Source: a virus
IMG/VR virus record: IMGVR_UViG_3300025600_000001
Span: 1 to 64,000 of that record
DNA: 64,000 bases
Direction: 5' to 3' (one strand)
Shown: in pieces, positions 9,522 through 19,691 of the stretch
How the letters are laid out: each line of letters starts with the position of its first letter
Position numbering within the stretch: position 1 is the first letter of the stretch
The notes under the pieces: generated by a model
What the model was told of the DNA's origin: nothing
Databases searched by the model: none
What the model saw: only the letters and a program-made list of their open reading frames with translations
Translations under genes and position numbers: made by a program

Positions 9522-10760
9522 TTATTGAAACCACGAATTACCAGCACTTGTCTGGTTTTTAGGTGGAGTCTTTACTACAGATTTTTGCCTTGCTAATTCT
9601 CCAAATAATTGATCAGACTTCTTTGTAACTCCTGATCGTTGAATAGTAGCCAATGTAGGATCTTTTTCAAGGATCTTAAAAAGTAGCGCAATCTTTACTT
9701 TTTGTGTATGGTTTTCAGGTCTTTTTAATTCTAAAACAGCTTTATCAAAATCTGTTAATGTTTCACCAGATACTGTTTTATATTTATCAACCAGGAGGAA
9801 GTCTTGTAGTTCACTTACTAATTTAGGATTTAATGGAATTCCATCAAACTCTTTTGTCTTTAGTTTCTCTTGAAGGATTTGCTGAACATTTTGAATGTAT
9901 TGATTTTTAATAGATTGCTTCTGTTGCAAATCCTGTTGGGATTTTTGCTCCATTTGCTGAAGCTTTGCAGCTTCTCTTTTTACCAATACTTTGTGATGTT
10001 TAGCGGCTACACTTTCAAGATCACCATAGTTTTTCAATCTTTCAATTTCTGTAGTGATATCCTCAGGTTCAAATTCTTGATCAGTCAATGCTTGTTTAAT
10101 TATAGCAATCTGATTTTCTTCAACTGTCAAATCTAATCCTGCAAAATTCACCACCTTATTATATACACCAAAATAATCTTCAGGTTTTACTCCTTTAACA
10201 AATATGGCTTCAAATGCATTCTTATAATCTTCTCCAAATTGTCCAAGGAAATTATCTACTACTTCAATTGCACCTTTCTTTTTCTCAATATTAAATCGTT
10301 CAAGAAATTCTTCAGGAGAATTAATTACAATATCCTCTTCGTCTTCTTCTTTAGAAAATACACCAAGTTTAAAAAGATCTTTTGCAAGTGAAGTAAATTG
10401 AGAATCTTCACTTTCTGTTTCATTAGGTATTTCTACTTTTTCATCTACTAGTGATTTACTATCACTTGAACTTTCAGTTTCATCTTCTTCACCATCCTGT
10501 AAGAAGTTATTAAGAATATCTTGTTCTGTATTCTCTTCTCCTTCTACCTTCTGAACAATCTCTTTTCCTTTTAAAGGTTTGTCATCTTTAGGAATAACGA
10601 TAGGAGGAATTTCTTTCTCTATTTTCTCTAAAGTATCAATGTCAGTTGTAGATGTTTCAGGAGACATTAGATCATTCAATAACTCAGGACTTCCAATGCC
10701 CATCTCCATAGTATTTTGAATACCAAAATCAAATGCTGGAGTTTCTAAATTATCAGCCAT
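9522..10760 (-). CDS. Acidic scaffold-like protein between portal and MCP
   Basis: Very acidic N-terminal half and coiled-coil Q/K-rich C-terminal half; conserved crAss-like position. Confidence 0.6.
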   Translation of the reverse strand: MADNLETPAFDFGIQNTMEMGIGSPELLNDLMSPETSTTDIDTLEKIEKEIPPIVIPKDDKPLKGKEIVQKVEGEENTEQDILNNFLQDGEEDETESSSDSKSLVDEKVEIPNETESEDSQFTSLAKDLFKLGVFSKEEDEEDIVINSPEEFLERFNIEKKKGAIEVVDNFLGQFGEDYKNAFEAIFVKGVKPEDYFGVYNKVVNFAGLDLTVEENQIAIIKQALTDQEFEPEDITTEIERLKNYGDLESVAAKHHKVLVKREAAKLQQMEQKSQQDLQQKQSIKNQYIQNVQQILQEKLKTKEFDGIPLNPKLVSELQDFLLVDKYKTVSGETLTDFDKAVLELKRPENHTQKVKIALLFKILEKDPTLATIQRSGVTKKSDQLFGELARQKSVVKTPPKNQTSAGNSWFQ

Positions 10761-10888
10761 ATATGTAGTTTATTTTGTTTCTCATGTAAAAATATAACAA
10801 CCTTATAATATATCAAAGTATAATACAAACTTATTATCAGATTTTGTCATATTATAGCATTAATATTTTTTAATTCTAATCAGAAATA

Positions 10889-13471
10889 TTATTTCTTGTT
10901 TCGACCCTTAGCGTTTTCTTTTGCAACCTGGATATCATTCTGCATATTTTCTCTTGCTACTTGTAACTTTTCACGTTCTACTGACATCTTCTGAGCATTC
11001 TGTGAATTCTTACTCATGATGTCTGCCATTTTTAGTTGATAATCTGAAGCAGCTTTAGTACGTTCGTGATCAAGTTTCTGAGTCTCTAATACATCAGGGA
11101 TGTTGTTCTGATTAATATCTTCACCCTGTACCTTTCCACCTCCTAAAGATTGTATAACTGCAATTTCTTTTTTATTAATCCTATCAAGTTCTGCTTGATA
11201 ATCTAATCGTGCATTATCTGCATCATGTTGCTGTTGTAGTTGTGCAAGTTGAGCCTGAGTCTGATCTTGTTGTTGTTTTAATTCCTGATCTTTCTGAGCT
11301 AATTGTTTATTCTGAATCTCATCTTGTCTTTCCTTTAAGATCTTAAATGTCTTTTTCATTTCTCTTACACTATTTGTAGAATATAATTCAATTACATCAT
11401 ACAATGATCCACCATTTTGCATCATTGGTTGTGAAAGAGCTCTAATTTCTTCGAATGCTTTCTTATCTTCTGGACGATTAGTCATGAAAACTTTCATATC
11501 TCTAAACTTCAATTCATTTCCATTAATTTGTACGAATGCACTTTCTCCTGTACCTGTAATGTATGAGAGGGTACTTTCTGGTTTTTCACTTTCAATGTAA
11601 AGGGAAGCGTCAACAATAGCTTGATACAATTGTAAAAGAACATATTCATGAGCTACAAAGATTGGTTCTGTTTGAGAATAAGATTGTGTGATTGCAGTGT
11701 TAGTTCCTGTTGCAGATTCACTTGCTGATATACTTCCCATTCTTTGCTTACTCATTCCTACAAGTTCCCAACATTCGTTTTTCATTTGTACAGCCAGGGT
11801 ATATCTTGATTGTATTTCATTTGTACGTGTAAGATCAATATTCTTTGCTATACTAGTATTACTTACTGGAGCTTTTGTATTTTCAGGAGAGTCATCATCA
11901 AATATAATACCTCTTTCTCTTGCTTCTAATTCCCATACATCAATAGCATCTTGATCATCACCATCTTTAAGTTTTGGAACTCTTCGAATATTAACAGAAG
12001 CTACATTACCAATTTCCTTTTCTAAAAGTCTAAACAATTGATTCATACATACATTGTATATCACTTGAAAAGGTTTCATTAAATCAACTAAAGACTTTGC
12101 TTCTGTATTCTTCACTTCATATATCATTCCTATGATAGGACAATAATCTAAAAGTTTGAAAGGTTTGATATGATATATATCTGGTCCAATTTTAGTTCCC
12201 TGATACCATTGATTAATCCAGCCTGATTCTAATGAGATTTGTGTAGGAATAGTTCCACTTTTATAATTCTCATCTACTAACATAGATTGCTCATTATCCA
12301 TTTCATCTTTGTAGATAAGTTTAAATATCTGTTTCTTACTAATCCAATATCCTCTTACTACTACATACTTATATCCAAAGGAACTAACATTACTAGTTAA
12401 ACCTAAGAAGTCTTTAAGACCATCATTATTCTCTTTCATTTCTGATTCAATCATCATACGTGTTTGAAGAACCAGAGGATCATATGTATCATACATTACC
12501 GAATCCTGACCAGGAGTAGCGTCAGGATTACCAAGATTAGATTCTCTAACATTAATTAATCCATAGTCTTGTAAAGATGAACGTAAGTGATCAATCTCAT
12601 CCTTCGTTAAATCTGGAATAGCTTCAATGATTTCTGATAGTTCCATCACTTGTACAGTACCAGCTGCATATGCTCCATGTGCTCTACCTGTTGGATCACT
12701 AATATACTTGACATCAGGAGTAGTTAGATACCATACATTTTTTGGATTGGCTACTTCTATATTGTATCCTACCTTTGAGTTATCTTCGTATATATGATAA
12801 TATTCTCTAGCTGTAGTAAGCATGTCTCTTAGGGCATCTTCACTCTTCTCCTTAATATTGAAATCAGCTTTCTGGCATGTGAGAACATGATTTGCCCATT
12901 TCTCTGCCATTGATGTGTAACTATCTATTTCATCCTTAACTTGCTCAAGAGTTTGTTGTTGAATTTGATCATCTGTAAGATTTTCACCTTGCATTGCAGT
13001 TTTCTGCATAATCATTTCTTTGACCTTAGACATCACATATTTCTGTAAAAGATCTGTTTTGAACTGTAGTTCTTCAGATTTACTATCATCGTCAAAAGCT
13101 TTTGCTCTAATAGCATCTGGTCTTTTACTAATCTCTCCTACTAATTCATTTACTGGAGTAGTAATAATAGAATACATCTTCACATATGCAGGAAGATCAA
13201 GATCCTCTCTTAACATATCTGTAAAACTTTTAATCTGTGGTTCCTGATAGAAATCTTCCATACGAAGAATTCCTTTTAGTAAATCATAGTTCTTAACAAA
13301 GGTTTCTCTATTCTTGACATACTCAGCATAGGCTTTGTTGGCAAAATAGTCCATTGTATTCTTTATCCAACTCTCGTCTTGTTTTTCCTTATCTGTTTTA
13401 AACTGATCGGGGAAAATATTCAAATAGGCATAACGGATTGTAGCATCTTTGGTATATCGTATAATAGACAT
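10889..13471 (-). CDS. Portal protein
   Basis: 860 aa directly after the terminase; SLVDLMKPFQVIYN motif, QRMG motif and long Q-rich coiled-coil C-terminus typical of crAss-like portals. Confidence 0.85.
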   Translation of the reverse strand: MSIIRYTKDATIRYAYLNIFPDQFKTDKEKQDESWIKNTMDYFANKAYAEYVKNRETFVKNYDLLKGILRMEDFYQEPQIKSFTDMLREDLDLPAYVKMYSIITTPVNELVGEISKRPDAIRAKAFDDDSKSEELQFKTDLLQKYVMSKVKEMIMQKTAMQGENLTDDQIQQQTLEQVKDEIDSYTSMAEKWANHVLTCQKADFNIKEKSEDALRDMLTTAREYYHIYEDNSKVGYNIEVANPKNVWYLTTPDVKYISDPTGRAHGAYAAGTVQVMELSEIIEAIPDLTKDEIDHLRSSLQDYGLINVRESNLGNPDATPGQDSVMYDTYDPLVLQTRMMIESEMKENNDGLKDFLGLTSNVSSFGYKYVVVRGYWISKKQIFKLIYKDEMDNEQSMLVDENYKSGTIPTQISLESGWINQWYQGTKIGPDIYHIKPFKLLDYCPIIGMIYEVKNTEAKSLVDLMKPFQVIYNVCMNQLFRLLEKEIGNVASVNIRRVPKLKDGDDQDAIDVWELEARERGIIFDDDSPENTKAPVSNTSIAKNIDLTRTNEIQSRYTLAVQMKNECWELVGMSKQRMGSISASESATGTNTAITQSYSQTEPIFVAHEYVLLQLYQAIVDASLYIESEKPESTLSYITGTGESAFVQINGNELKFRDMKVFMTNRPEDKKAFEEIRALSQPMMQNGGSLYDVIELYSTNSVREMKKTFKILKERQDEIQNKQLAQKDQELKQQQDQTQAQLAQLQQQHDADNARLDYQAELDRINKKEIAVIQSLGGGKVQGEDINQNNIPDVLETQKLDHERTKAASDYQLKMADIMSKNSQNAQKMSVEREKLQVARENMQNDIQVAKENAKGRNKK

Positions 13472-13482
13472 AATATTATATT

Positions 13483-15516
13483 TTAATTAAATAGTTTTTG
13501 TTTTTTACGTGTAAACATTCCTTTTGATTCTGTGAAGAGTTGAGATTTTTCATGTCTCTTAAATAATGATACAATTCTATCATCCTCTATTCCTCCTGCC
13601 ATTCCATATATAGGGTCCATTTTTAAAGCCTGAGCAATTGCTAATTCTGCAGCTACAATTCTATCAGCATTCTTTTCATCATTGTATTGAATAATCTCTT
13701 CTAATAAAACAGGATCTAAAATCTTTGTAACTCCTTGAAGTTCTCTAATAGTTTCTCCTTCTTCTGTTTTCTCAACATAAATAGATTCTTCCATATATTG
13801 TTTCAAGCATCCATGTAAAAAATCTATAATTTTCTGAGCACTCCTATGTATTCCATATTCTCTTTTCACTGTAGTATTAGGAACAATTTCCATAAGCCAC
13901 TCAGGTTGTTTTTCTAAATAGAAAGCATCTCCTTTAGTTTTCATGTATTCTATAAAAGAGATATCATCATTTTCACAAAGAGCTCTTGCATTATAATATT
14001 TAATTAACAATCTTGCTTGATCGTTCCATGTTTCTTTTTTTTCTGGTCTAGCACAATAACTTGCCACAAACATATCTTGGTACTTCTCTCCTGTTAAAGC
14101 AGTCATACGTTTATATATATATACTGATCCTAGAGATGAACTATATTTGGCTTGACCTTGTCTATACGGATCTATACCTGCTACATACAATCCATATGGA
14201 GGATTTGATATAGGAAATTCATAAATTACTATTGGAGCATCCATACTATCTCCTGTTTGAAGAGGATAATTAGATATAGGTAACTTCTCAGTAAACTCGT
14301 GAGTAACTTTTCCCTCTGTATTAATAAATAGTTCTACAGGAGTTCCTGTCCTTTCATTCATTAATAATCTAGTCTTTTGTCTTTTAGCAAGTCCTATATT
14401 AAAAATATTAGAGGCAGAAGAAAGAAAACATTCATCTACAGTAATTGGATAATACATTACTTGTTTTAGATATAGTTCTCTATCTGGATTAGTTCTTGCA
14501 CTTTCTCTTTCTTGTTCTATTTTAAGAATAGCTTTTTCTTTATCTGTAACAGTAATTGATATCTTTTTAAGTTCTCCAATATCATCAATATTAAGATCTC
14601 TTTCTTGAACTAACCAATCTGCTAAAGTAGTAATATATTTACAATCTTGTCTATATATTCCTGATAAGAATAATCCAGTATTTTTATTAGTTACTTCATC
14701 ACGAATAGCTAAAAAATTATTAGAAGAAGGATTATAAAAGAAATTTTCAGCATCTTTTCCATTATCAAACGATCCTCCAGTTCCGACTAGAATTGGAACA
14801 GCACGATAACCATTTCTTCCTTTGATAGCAGGTTCTCCTGCTTTAAATGTAGAGGCAAAAGAATATTTACCTACCTCGTCCATTATAAATGTCTTAGCTG
14901 TAGTACCTGCTGCTACTTCTGTTACATTACCGTCTCTTGCATTTCTAATAACAATATAACTCCATATCTCGTCATCTCCATCAGGTTTTTTATATCCTAA
15001 TCTAATTTGATTTAATCTCCATGTTTTGTCTAATCTGGGAATAGAGATTCCTGTCCATAAATGTTTTAATCCAAAATCTACCTTATCCTTAAGAAGAGAA
15101 AGGTCATTGTCGTTTCCACATATAATAACATTTTGTGTATTCTTAAATAATGTAGCATTCATTCCAAAATAGGAAGCTTCCATTTCTGACTTACCTCCTT
15201 GTCTTCCTCCAACTTCTATATATCCTTTTCTTTCCTTTTTACACTGTTCTAAAATCTCTGCTCTTATCCATTCATTGTCTCTTAACTCTGGAAGGGATGA
15301 CTTCCTAATATCATTTCCATAACTATCTACATCATCAATTCTTATCCACCAATGGTTCAAATGCCAGTAGAGCCATCCAGAAAAGAATACACCATTAACT
15401 GTTACTCCTCCAGATATCTTCTCTATCTCCCAATCAATTAATTGTTGATATTCTCTAGTTCCTTCTATAGGAAGTTTTTTAATATTTCTAAAAAATTCTG
15501 TTGATTTTATTTCCAT
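13483..15516 (-). CDS. terL: Terminase large subunit
   Basis: Walker A-like GGRQGGKS, Walker B FIMDEVGK, coupling motif VGTGG, nuclease AGIDPY and C-terminal DRIVA. Confidence 0.92.
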   Translation of the reverse strand: MEIKSTEFFRNIKKLPIEGTREYQQLIDWEIEKISGGVTVNGVFFSGWLYWHLNHWWIRIDDVDSYGNDIRKSSLPELRDNEWIRAEILEQCKKERKGYIEVGGRQGGKSEMEASYFGMNATLFKNTQNVIICGNDNDLSLLKDKVDFGLKHLWTGISIPRLDKTWRLNQIRLGYKKPDGDDEIWSYIVIRNARDGNVTEVAAGTTAKTFIMDEVGKYSFASTFKAGEPAIKGRNGYRAVPILVGTGGSFDNGKDAENFFYNPSSNNFLAIRDEVTNKNTGLFLSGIYRQDCKYITTLADWLVQERDLNIDDIGELKKISITVTDKEKAILKIEQERESARTNPDRELYLKQVMYYPITVDECFLSSASNIFNIGLAKRQKTRLLMNERTGTPVELFINTEGKVTHEFTEKLPISNYPLQTGDSMDAPIVIYEFPISNPPYGLYVAGIDPYRQGQAKYSSSLGSVYIYKRMTALTGEKYQDMFVASYCARPEKKETWNDQARLLIKYYNARALCENDDISFIEYMKTKGDAFYLEKQPEWLMEIVPNTTVKREYGIHRSAQKIIDFLHGCLKQYMEESIYVEKTEEGETIRELQGVTKILDPVLLEEIIQYNDEKNADRIVAAELAIAQALKMDPIYGMAGGIEDDRIVSLFKRHEKSQLFTESKGMFTRKKQKLFN

Positions 15517-15525
15517 TTGTTTTAT

Positions 15526-15837
15526 CTATTGCATTCTTGGAGGTACTATTCCTGTACCTCTAGCTACCTTTTTTACTTCATCCTTCTCTCTCATACTATC
15601 TACTGTTCTTAATATCTCAGCGTAATCCTTTAGGGCCTGCGTAAGATCTTTTCTCTGTGCTTCTTTATTAGCCACACATACCAATACTATCCCACCGTTC
15701 TTAGTAACTTTTGATTGCATCCTATCAGCTAGTAGGGAATAAGGATTTGCTTCAATATATTCTTTAAGTTCCTGTAATTGATTCTCAAGAAATTCTAATT
15801 CATATTCTATAAGAAGTGCCTTTTTAACTACTGCCAT
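15526..15837 (-). CDS. Hypothetical protein, possible terminase small subunit
   Basis: 103-aa helical ORF directly upstream of terL; position only. Confidence 0.4.
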   Translation of the reverse strand: MAVVKKALLIEYELEFLENQLQELKEYIEANPYSLLADRMQSKVTKNGGIVLVCVANKEAQRKDLTQALKDYAEILRTVDSMREKDEVKKVARGTGIVPPRMQ

Positions 15838-16076
15838 TATACTGATTTTAAAAGATTATTAATATCATCTTCTGTAAGTTTATCCTTCTTACTATAATCA
15901 TGTCTGATTACAATTCCAATAATATCTTGTTCTGTGTTCTTGGTAATAACAAGGTCAATAAGGTTAGCCCCCATGGAACGAACTTCCATAAGTGACTCGA
16001 TAAAATCCTTTAAAGGAATCTTTATCACCTTAATCTCCTTATCATTATCCTGAGTCTTCATTGGTAATTTTCTCAT
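15837..16076 (-). CDS. Hypothetical protein
   Basis: ORF packed in the late operon. Confidence 0.5.
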   Translation of the reverse strand: MRKLPMKTQDNDKEIKVIKIPLKDFIESLMEVRSMGANLIDLVITKNTEQDIIGIVIRHDYSKKDKLTEDDINNLLKSV

Positions 16077-16341
16077 CTTGCTCTTCTGTTAATACTGCTC
16101 CCCACTTTGATGTAGAAAGTTCACAATAGCATGATAAACATTTTGTCTTTGCAATTAATGGACATCCACAATCCAGGCATCTCTCTATTCCTTTCTTTCC
16201 TGCATTCTTAGAGTTCTCTTCACATCCTCTACATATTAAAAGTCTTTCTTTAGATGTCTCTAGGATCAACTTCTTAATCTTAATTGGAGGAATCAAATGA
16301 TTTCTCCAGCCTTCCCAAATGTTATCCCAGTTAATCTTCAT
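16045..16341 (-). CDS. Small Cys-rich (Zn-binding) protein
   Basis: ERLLICRGC...RCLDCGCPLIAKTKCLSCYC...KW pattern. Confidence 0.65.
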   Translation of the reverse strand: MKINWDNIWEGWRNHLIPPIKIKKLILETSKERLLICRGCEENSKNAGKKGIERCLDCGCPLIAKTKCLSCYCELSTSKWGAVLTEEQDEKITNEDSG

Positions 16342-16678
16342 GTAAGAGAGTTTTAATTAAATCTAAATCTTCTTGTGCCCTTTCTGTCCATATCAATCTA
16401 TTGCGTCTCATCATATCATCTGTAGTAGGATCTTCTAATTGTTTACCCCATTTTGCAAACTTATCAGCAATCTTTCGTCTTTCTTCAAGAACACGTCTTG
16501 GACTAACTGTATACTTTCCAAATCCACTAATCTCAATACTCCCACAACTATGAAAAGCTTTTCTTGCTCCATTAAAAGCATGTGTTAACACCTGTTCAAT
16601 AGTCTTCTCATCTATGGCCAGATCTACTACCATTTTACGAATAGCAATCTGTTTCAAAAATACTGCATCACTTCTCAT
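16331..16678 (-). CDS. HU/IHF-like DNA-binding protein
   Basis: GSIEISGFGKYTV matches the HU/IHF beta-arm motif. Confidence 0.65.
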   Translation of the reverse strand: MRSDAVFLKQIAIRKMVVDLAIDEKTIEQVLTHAFNGARKAFHSCGSIEISGFGKYTVSPRRVLEERRKIADKFAKWGKQLEDPTTDDMMRRNRLIWTERAQEDLDLIKTLLHED

Positions 16679-17009
16679 GTTTCAAATCAATTTGTAATTG
16701 TATATCCTTACTATAATCAAATCTAAAAATAGGAGATAACCCAATAACCCTTTCTTGTTTAATCAGTATTCCAATCCTTTTTAACTTCGATACAATATTA
16801 TTAATACTATCTGGTGTCGTATTGTTCTCCACACAAAATTCCATTCTTAAACTCTTATCAGAAATGTTTCCTTTATTAGCCACAAAACTTAATAAACTAA
16901 TGTCCCTATCTGTTAATTGAAGATCATTAATAGCAGACACCACACGAAAATACATCTGTGTTACATCTGAATTAACCTTAACAATTTTCTGTACAACAAT
17001 CTTTTCCAT
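16668..17009 (-). CDS. Putative winged-helix DNA-binding protein
   Basis: LTDRDISLLSF...SINNIVSKLKRIGILIK pattern. Confidence 0.55.
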   Translation of the reverse strand: MEKIVVQKIVKVNSDVTQMYFRVVSAINDLQLTDRDISLLSFVANKGNISDKSLRMEFCVENNTTPDSINNIVSKLKRIGILIKQERVIGLSPIFRFDYSKDIQLQIDLKHEK

Positions 17010-17033
17010 GTCTATATATGTAGTTTCAACACT

Positions 17034-17042
17034 ACAAATATA
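17034..17042 (-). promoter_or_regulatory. Bacteroidota-type -7 promoter element (TATATTTG)
   Basis: Reverse complement of caaatata, upstream of 16668..17009. Confidence 0.5.
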
Positions 17043-17111
17043 ATCAATATATTTTAATTTCTAACAGAAAAAAGTAGATCCTTTATATATATCTCATGTA
17101 CAGGGAAATCT

Positions 17112-17966
17112 TTATACTCTTTTAAAATAGTATCCTCTATGTTTGTATTTACCAAAAGGGGCATTAATACACTTACGTACCTTCAGTAATAAAAACTCTT
17201 CCTGACAATCCTTTATCATTTTATAATTCAACTCTTCCCCTGTATTAATATTAATAGCGACAATAGGAATCCTCTTTAAATTTCTATCTTTCCTAGGAAT
17301 AATATCTTCATGAGATTTTTTGATGTATTGCTTACTAGGATAATCTCTCCACGTTTTCTTAATAAGAGAAGAAGATTTGTGTTTCTTAAAATTAATATAA
17401 TCAAATTCTGGATCATATATTTCCTTTTTTACAACTATCCATCCATATAAAGATTTTCGTTTACATTTATCCTCCCAATGAGAAGCAAGATCAGTAATTT
17501 TAGACTGACTTTTTATTCCTGTAGTTATACTAACTTCTTTAGTACCATTTACTTCTATTACCTCTTTTGTATTCATATTTATACAAACATATTCTGTAGT
17601 TGATATAACACTCTTTGTAATGTTTTCATCCTGTCTATATAAAGGAATACTACCAGGAAGACATCCGTTAAAACCAAACTCTCTTAAGTGAGCATTATAA
17701 TATAATACCCATTTAGTCTCAATTGCTTCATATTCTTGTTTAGTTAAACTATATGACAATACTTCTAAAATACTAAATGTAAAAGTTTGTTCTCCATATA
17801 AATTCCAGGCAGCCTGCAAATGAGTGTTTGTGTGTTGGTTTTTTCTTAAATTACATTTATGCTCTACCCATCTTTTATTAATTAATGTAGAATATCCTAC
17901 ATATACTTTTTTACTAACAGTGGAACTTATTAAATATATTCCAGCAACCTTATAATCAACTTTCAT
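17112..17966 (-). CDS. GIY-YIG homing endonuclease
   Basis: AGIYLISSTVSKKVYVGYS...RWVEH...HTNTHLQAAWNLYGE. Confidence 0.85.
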   Translation of the reverse strand: MKVDYKVAGIYLISSTVSKKVYVGYSTLINKRWVEHKCNLRKNQHTNTHLQAAWNLYGEQTFTFSILEVLSYSLTKQEYEAIETKWVLYYNAHLREFGFNGCLPGSIPLYRQDENITKSVISTTEYVCINMNTKEVIEVNGTKEVSITTGIKSQSKITDLASHWEDKCKRKSLYGWIVVKKEIYDPEFDYINFKKHKSSSLIKKTWRDYPSKQYIKKSHEDIIPRKDRNLKRIPIVAININTGEELNYKMIKDCQEEFLLLKVRKCINAPFGKYKHRGYYFKRV

Positions 17967-18172
17967 TTTTTAAATTTTAAATTTTATATAAAGATAAGAA
18001 ATATTTTCTAATTTTTAAAAATAGGTGTCCAAAAATTATTTTTTATTTTTTAAAAATCGTAAACATCTGTAAGAGAGTAGTTTATCTCCAACAGCAACCC
18101 CACCTTTAATTGGAGAAGTTGGAGTCATCTCCCTTAGTTGATTCTAGGTATTAACAATTTAAAAATAAGAAA

Positions 18173-18553
18173 ATGATTGAATTTAAAACATTCGAAAGAG
18201 CTGAGAGCACTCTTGAAACACAAGGAACAGTATTGAGTTTAGTTGGTAAAGATGGCAAGTTGGGTATTATCTCAAAGAACTTCAAAGATACAACCAAGAG
18301 AGTTGTATTAATTCTTACCAAGAAGAATGGTACCAGTGCCATGATTAGTTGTTCTCAAGCAGTGAGTGATGGTCTTAGGAGCAAGAGTATTGAATTGGGC
18401 AATGTGCTTGGCTTTGAGATTCTGGAAGGAGAATCAGGCATCCCATTCATTAGCTTACCTGCAGGTGGATTGATTGAAGTATTGGTGAAGAACATTACTG
18501 TTAAGGACTTCGTACCTTCAGTAGTGAGTTACGAAGAGTTGATAGCACTGTAA
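18173..18553 (+). CDS. Hypothetical protein, first gene after the strand switch
   Basis: 126-aa ORF followed by hairpins; higher GC than its flanks. Confidence 0.7.
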   Translation: MIEFKTFERAESTLETQGTVLSLVGKDGKLGIISKNFKDTTKRVVLILTKKNGTSAMISCSQAVSDGLRSKSIELGNVLGFEILEGESGIPFISLPAGGLIEVLVKNITVKDFVPSVVSYEELIAL

Positions 18554-18580
18554 TGGTGCTATTGCCCTTCGGGGCTTTCA
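18542..18580 (+). terminator. Tandem hairpins, probable terminator
   Basis: atagcac..gtgctat, then gccc-ttcg-gggc-ttt (UUCG tetraloop). Confidence 0.6.
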
Positions 18581-19445
18581 TATAAAGGGCGGGAAGTAAT
18601 AACTTCTAATGGGTGGGCATTGTTTAAATGTCTATCCATACTCCTTTATATATCATGTAGATGTATTGAAAGATTATGAGTATATTTGTAAAATATTTTT
18701 ATCCACGTGGAAGAAAACGTCAGTTTCTCACTATCAATACATAATAATAGTAGTCTAAAACAATTAATTCTGAGCAAATGTTAATAATAATTGACCCTAA
18801 AACAGGTAATCTAAAGACTTATTCAACCCTCAGCAAGGCTTGTGTAAAGGAAAAATGGATGAATATATATACATTAAGAAATAAAATACTCAATGATAAG
18901 ATGTGTATATATAAAGGAATGTGGATATATAGAGTGAATCATACATAAGTTAATATCATTATTTTAATGATCTAACTATCAGTGCAGTAAAGCATGGATT
19001 AAATATGAAAATACTTAATCTTTCTATATAAATGTATGTCTATTTGTATGTAAATAGTCAGCTGTATAAGCTCTTGGACCTTGTGACTATTCTAATGATG
19101 TACATATATAATGACCTTCGTCTTTACGACAATCGCATTAAACCAAAGCTTTCTTCTTTATTCTCTCTTATATATATGTGTATATTATCTCTCTCCTTAA
19201 TATTACTAGTATAATAAGGAGAGATACTGGCTAGTATTAATATATCAGATTTTATCATTTTAACCTATCATTTGGCATTTCAAAGGTGTCACAATTGTTA
19301 TATAAATTATAGAGCCCGAATGATTAGTAAGATAAATGCACAACGAAGTGTATGAATACTGAATATCTATAGGATGTAATCTTGCTCGGAAGTAACAATT
19401 GAATAGGGATGAAATTATATAGAAACCCATTAACAAATTAATTAT

Positions 19446-19691
19446 ATGAAAACTTTATTATTATTACTCGTTATTATTCTTTGTTCTTGTTCATCAAGAA
19501 GTCATATTCTACCACAACCATTAGGTGCTGCTGAGAAAGTTGTTATTATTGATGCTTCTAATTCACATGTATATGAAGGAGCATATCTCTCTTATAAAAT
19601 AAGAAGAGTATCTACTAAGACTGTTACGTTTATTCAGATCAGTTACAATACTATTTATAGTAAGGGTGATACATTACTCTGGAAATTTTAA
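19446..19691 (+). CDS. Small putative lipoprotein
   Basis: MKTLLLLLVIILCSC signal peptide with lipobox-like Cys. Confidence 0.55.
   Translation: MKTLLLLLVIILCSCSSRSHILPQPLGAAEKVVIIDASNSHVYEGAYLSYKIRRVSTKTVTFIQISYNTIYSKGDTLLWKF

Noticed and set aside
825-13247. Plus-strand ORFs inside the late module (e.g. 1416..1802, 5196..5456, 9870..10136, 11688..11954)
   Set aside because: They are antisense shadows of well-supported minus-strand genes; the Val-rich ones mirror Thr codon repeats.
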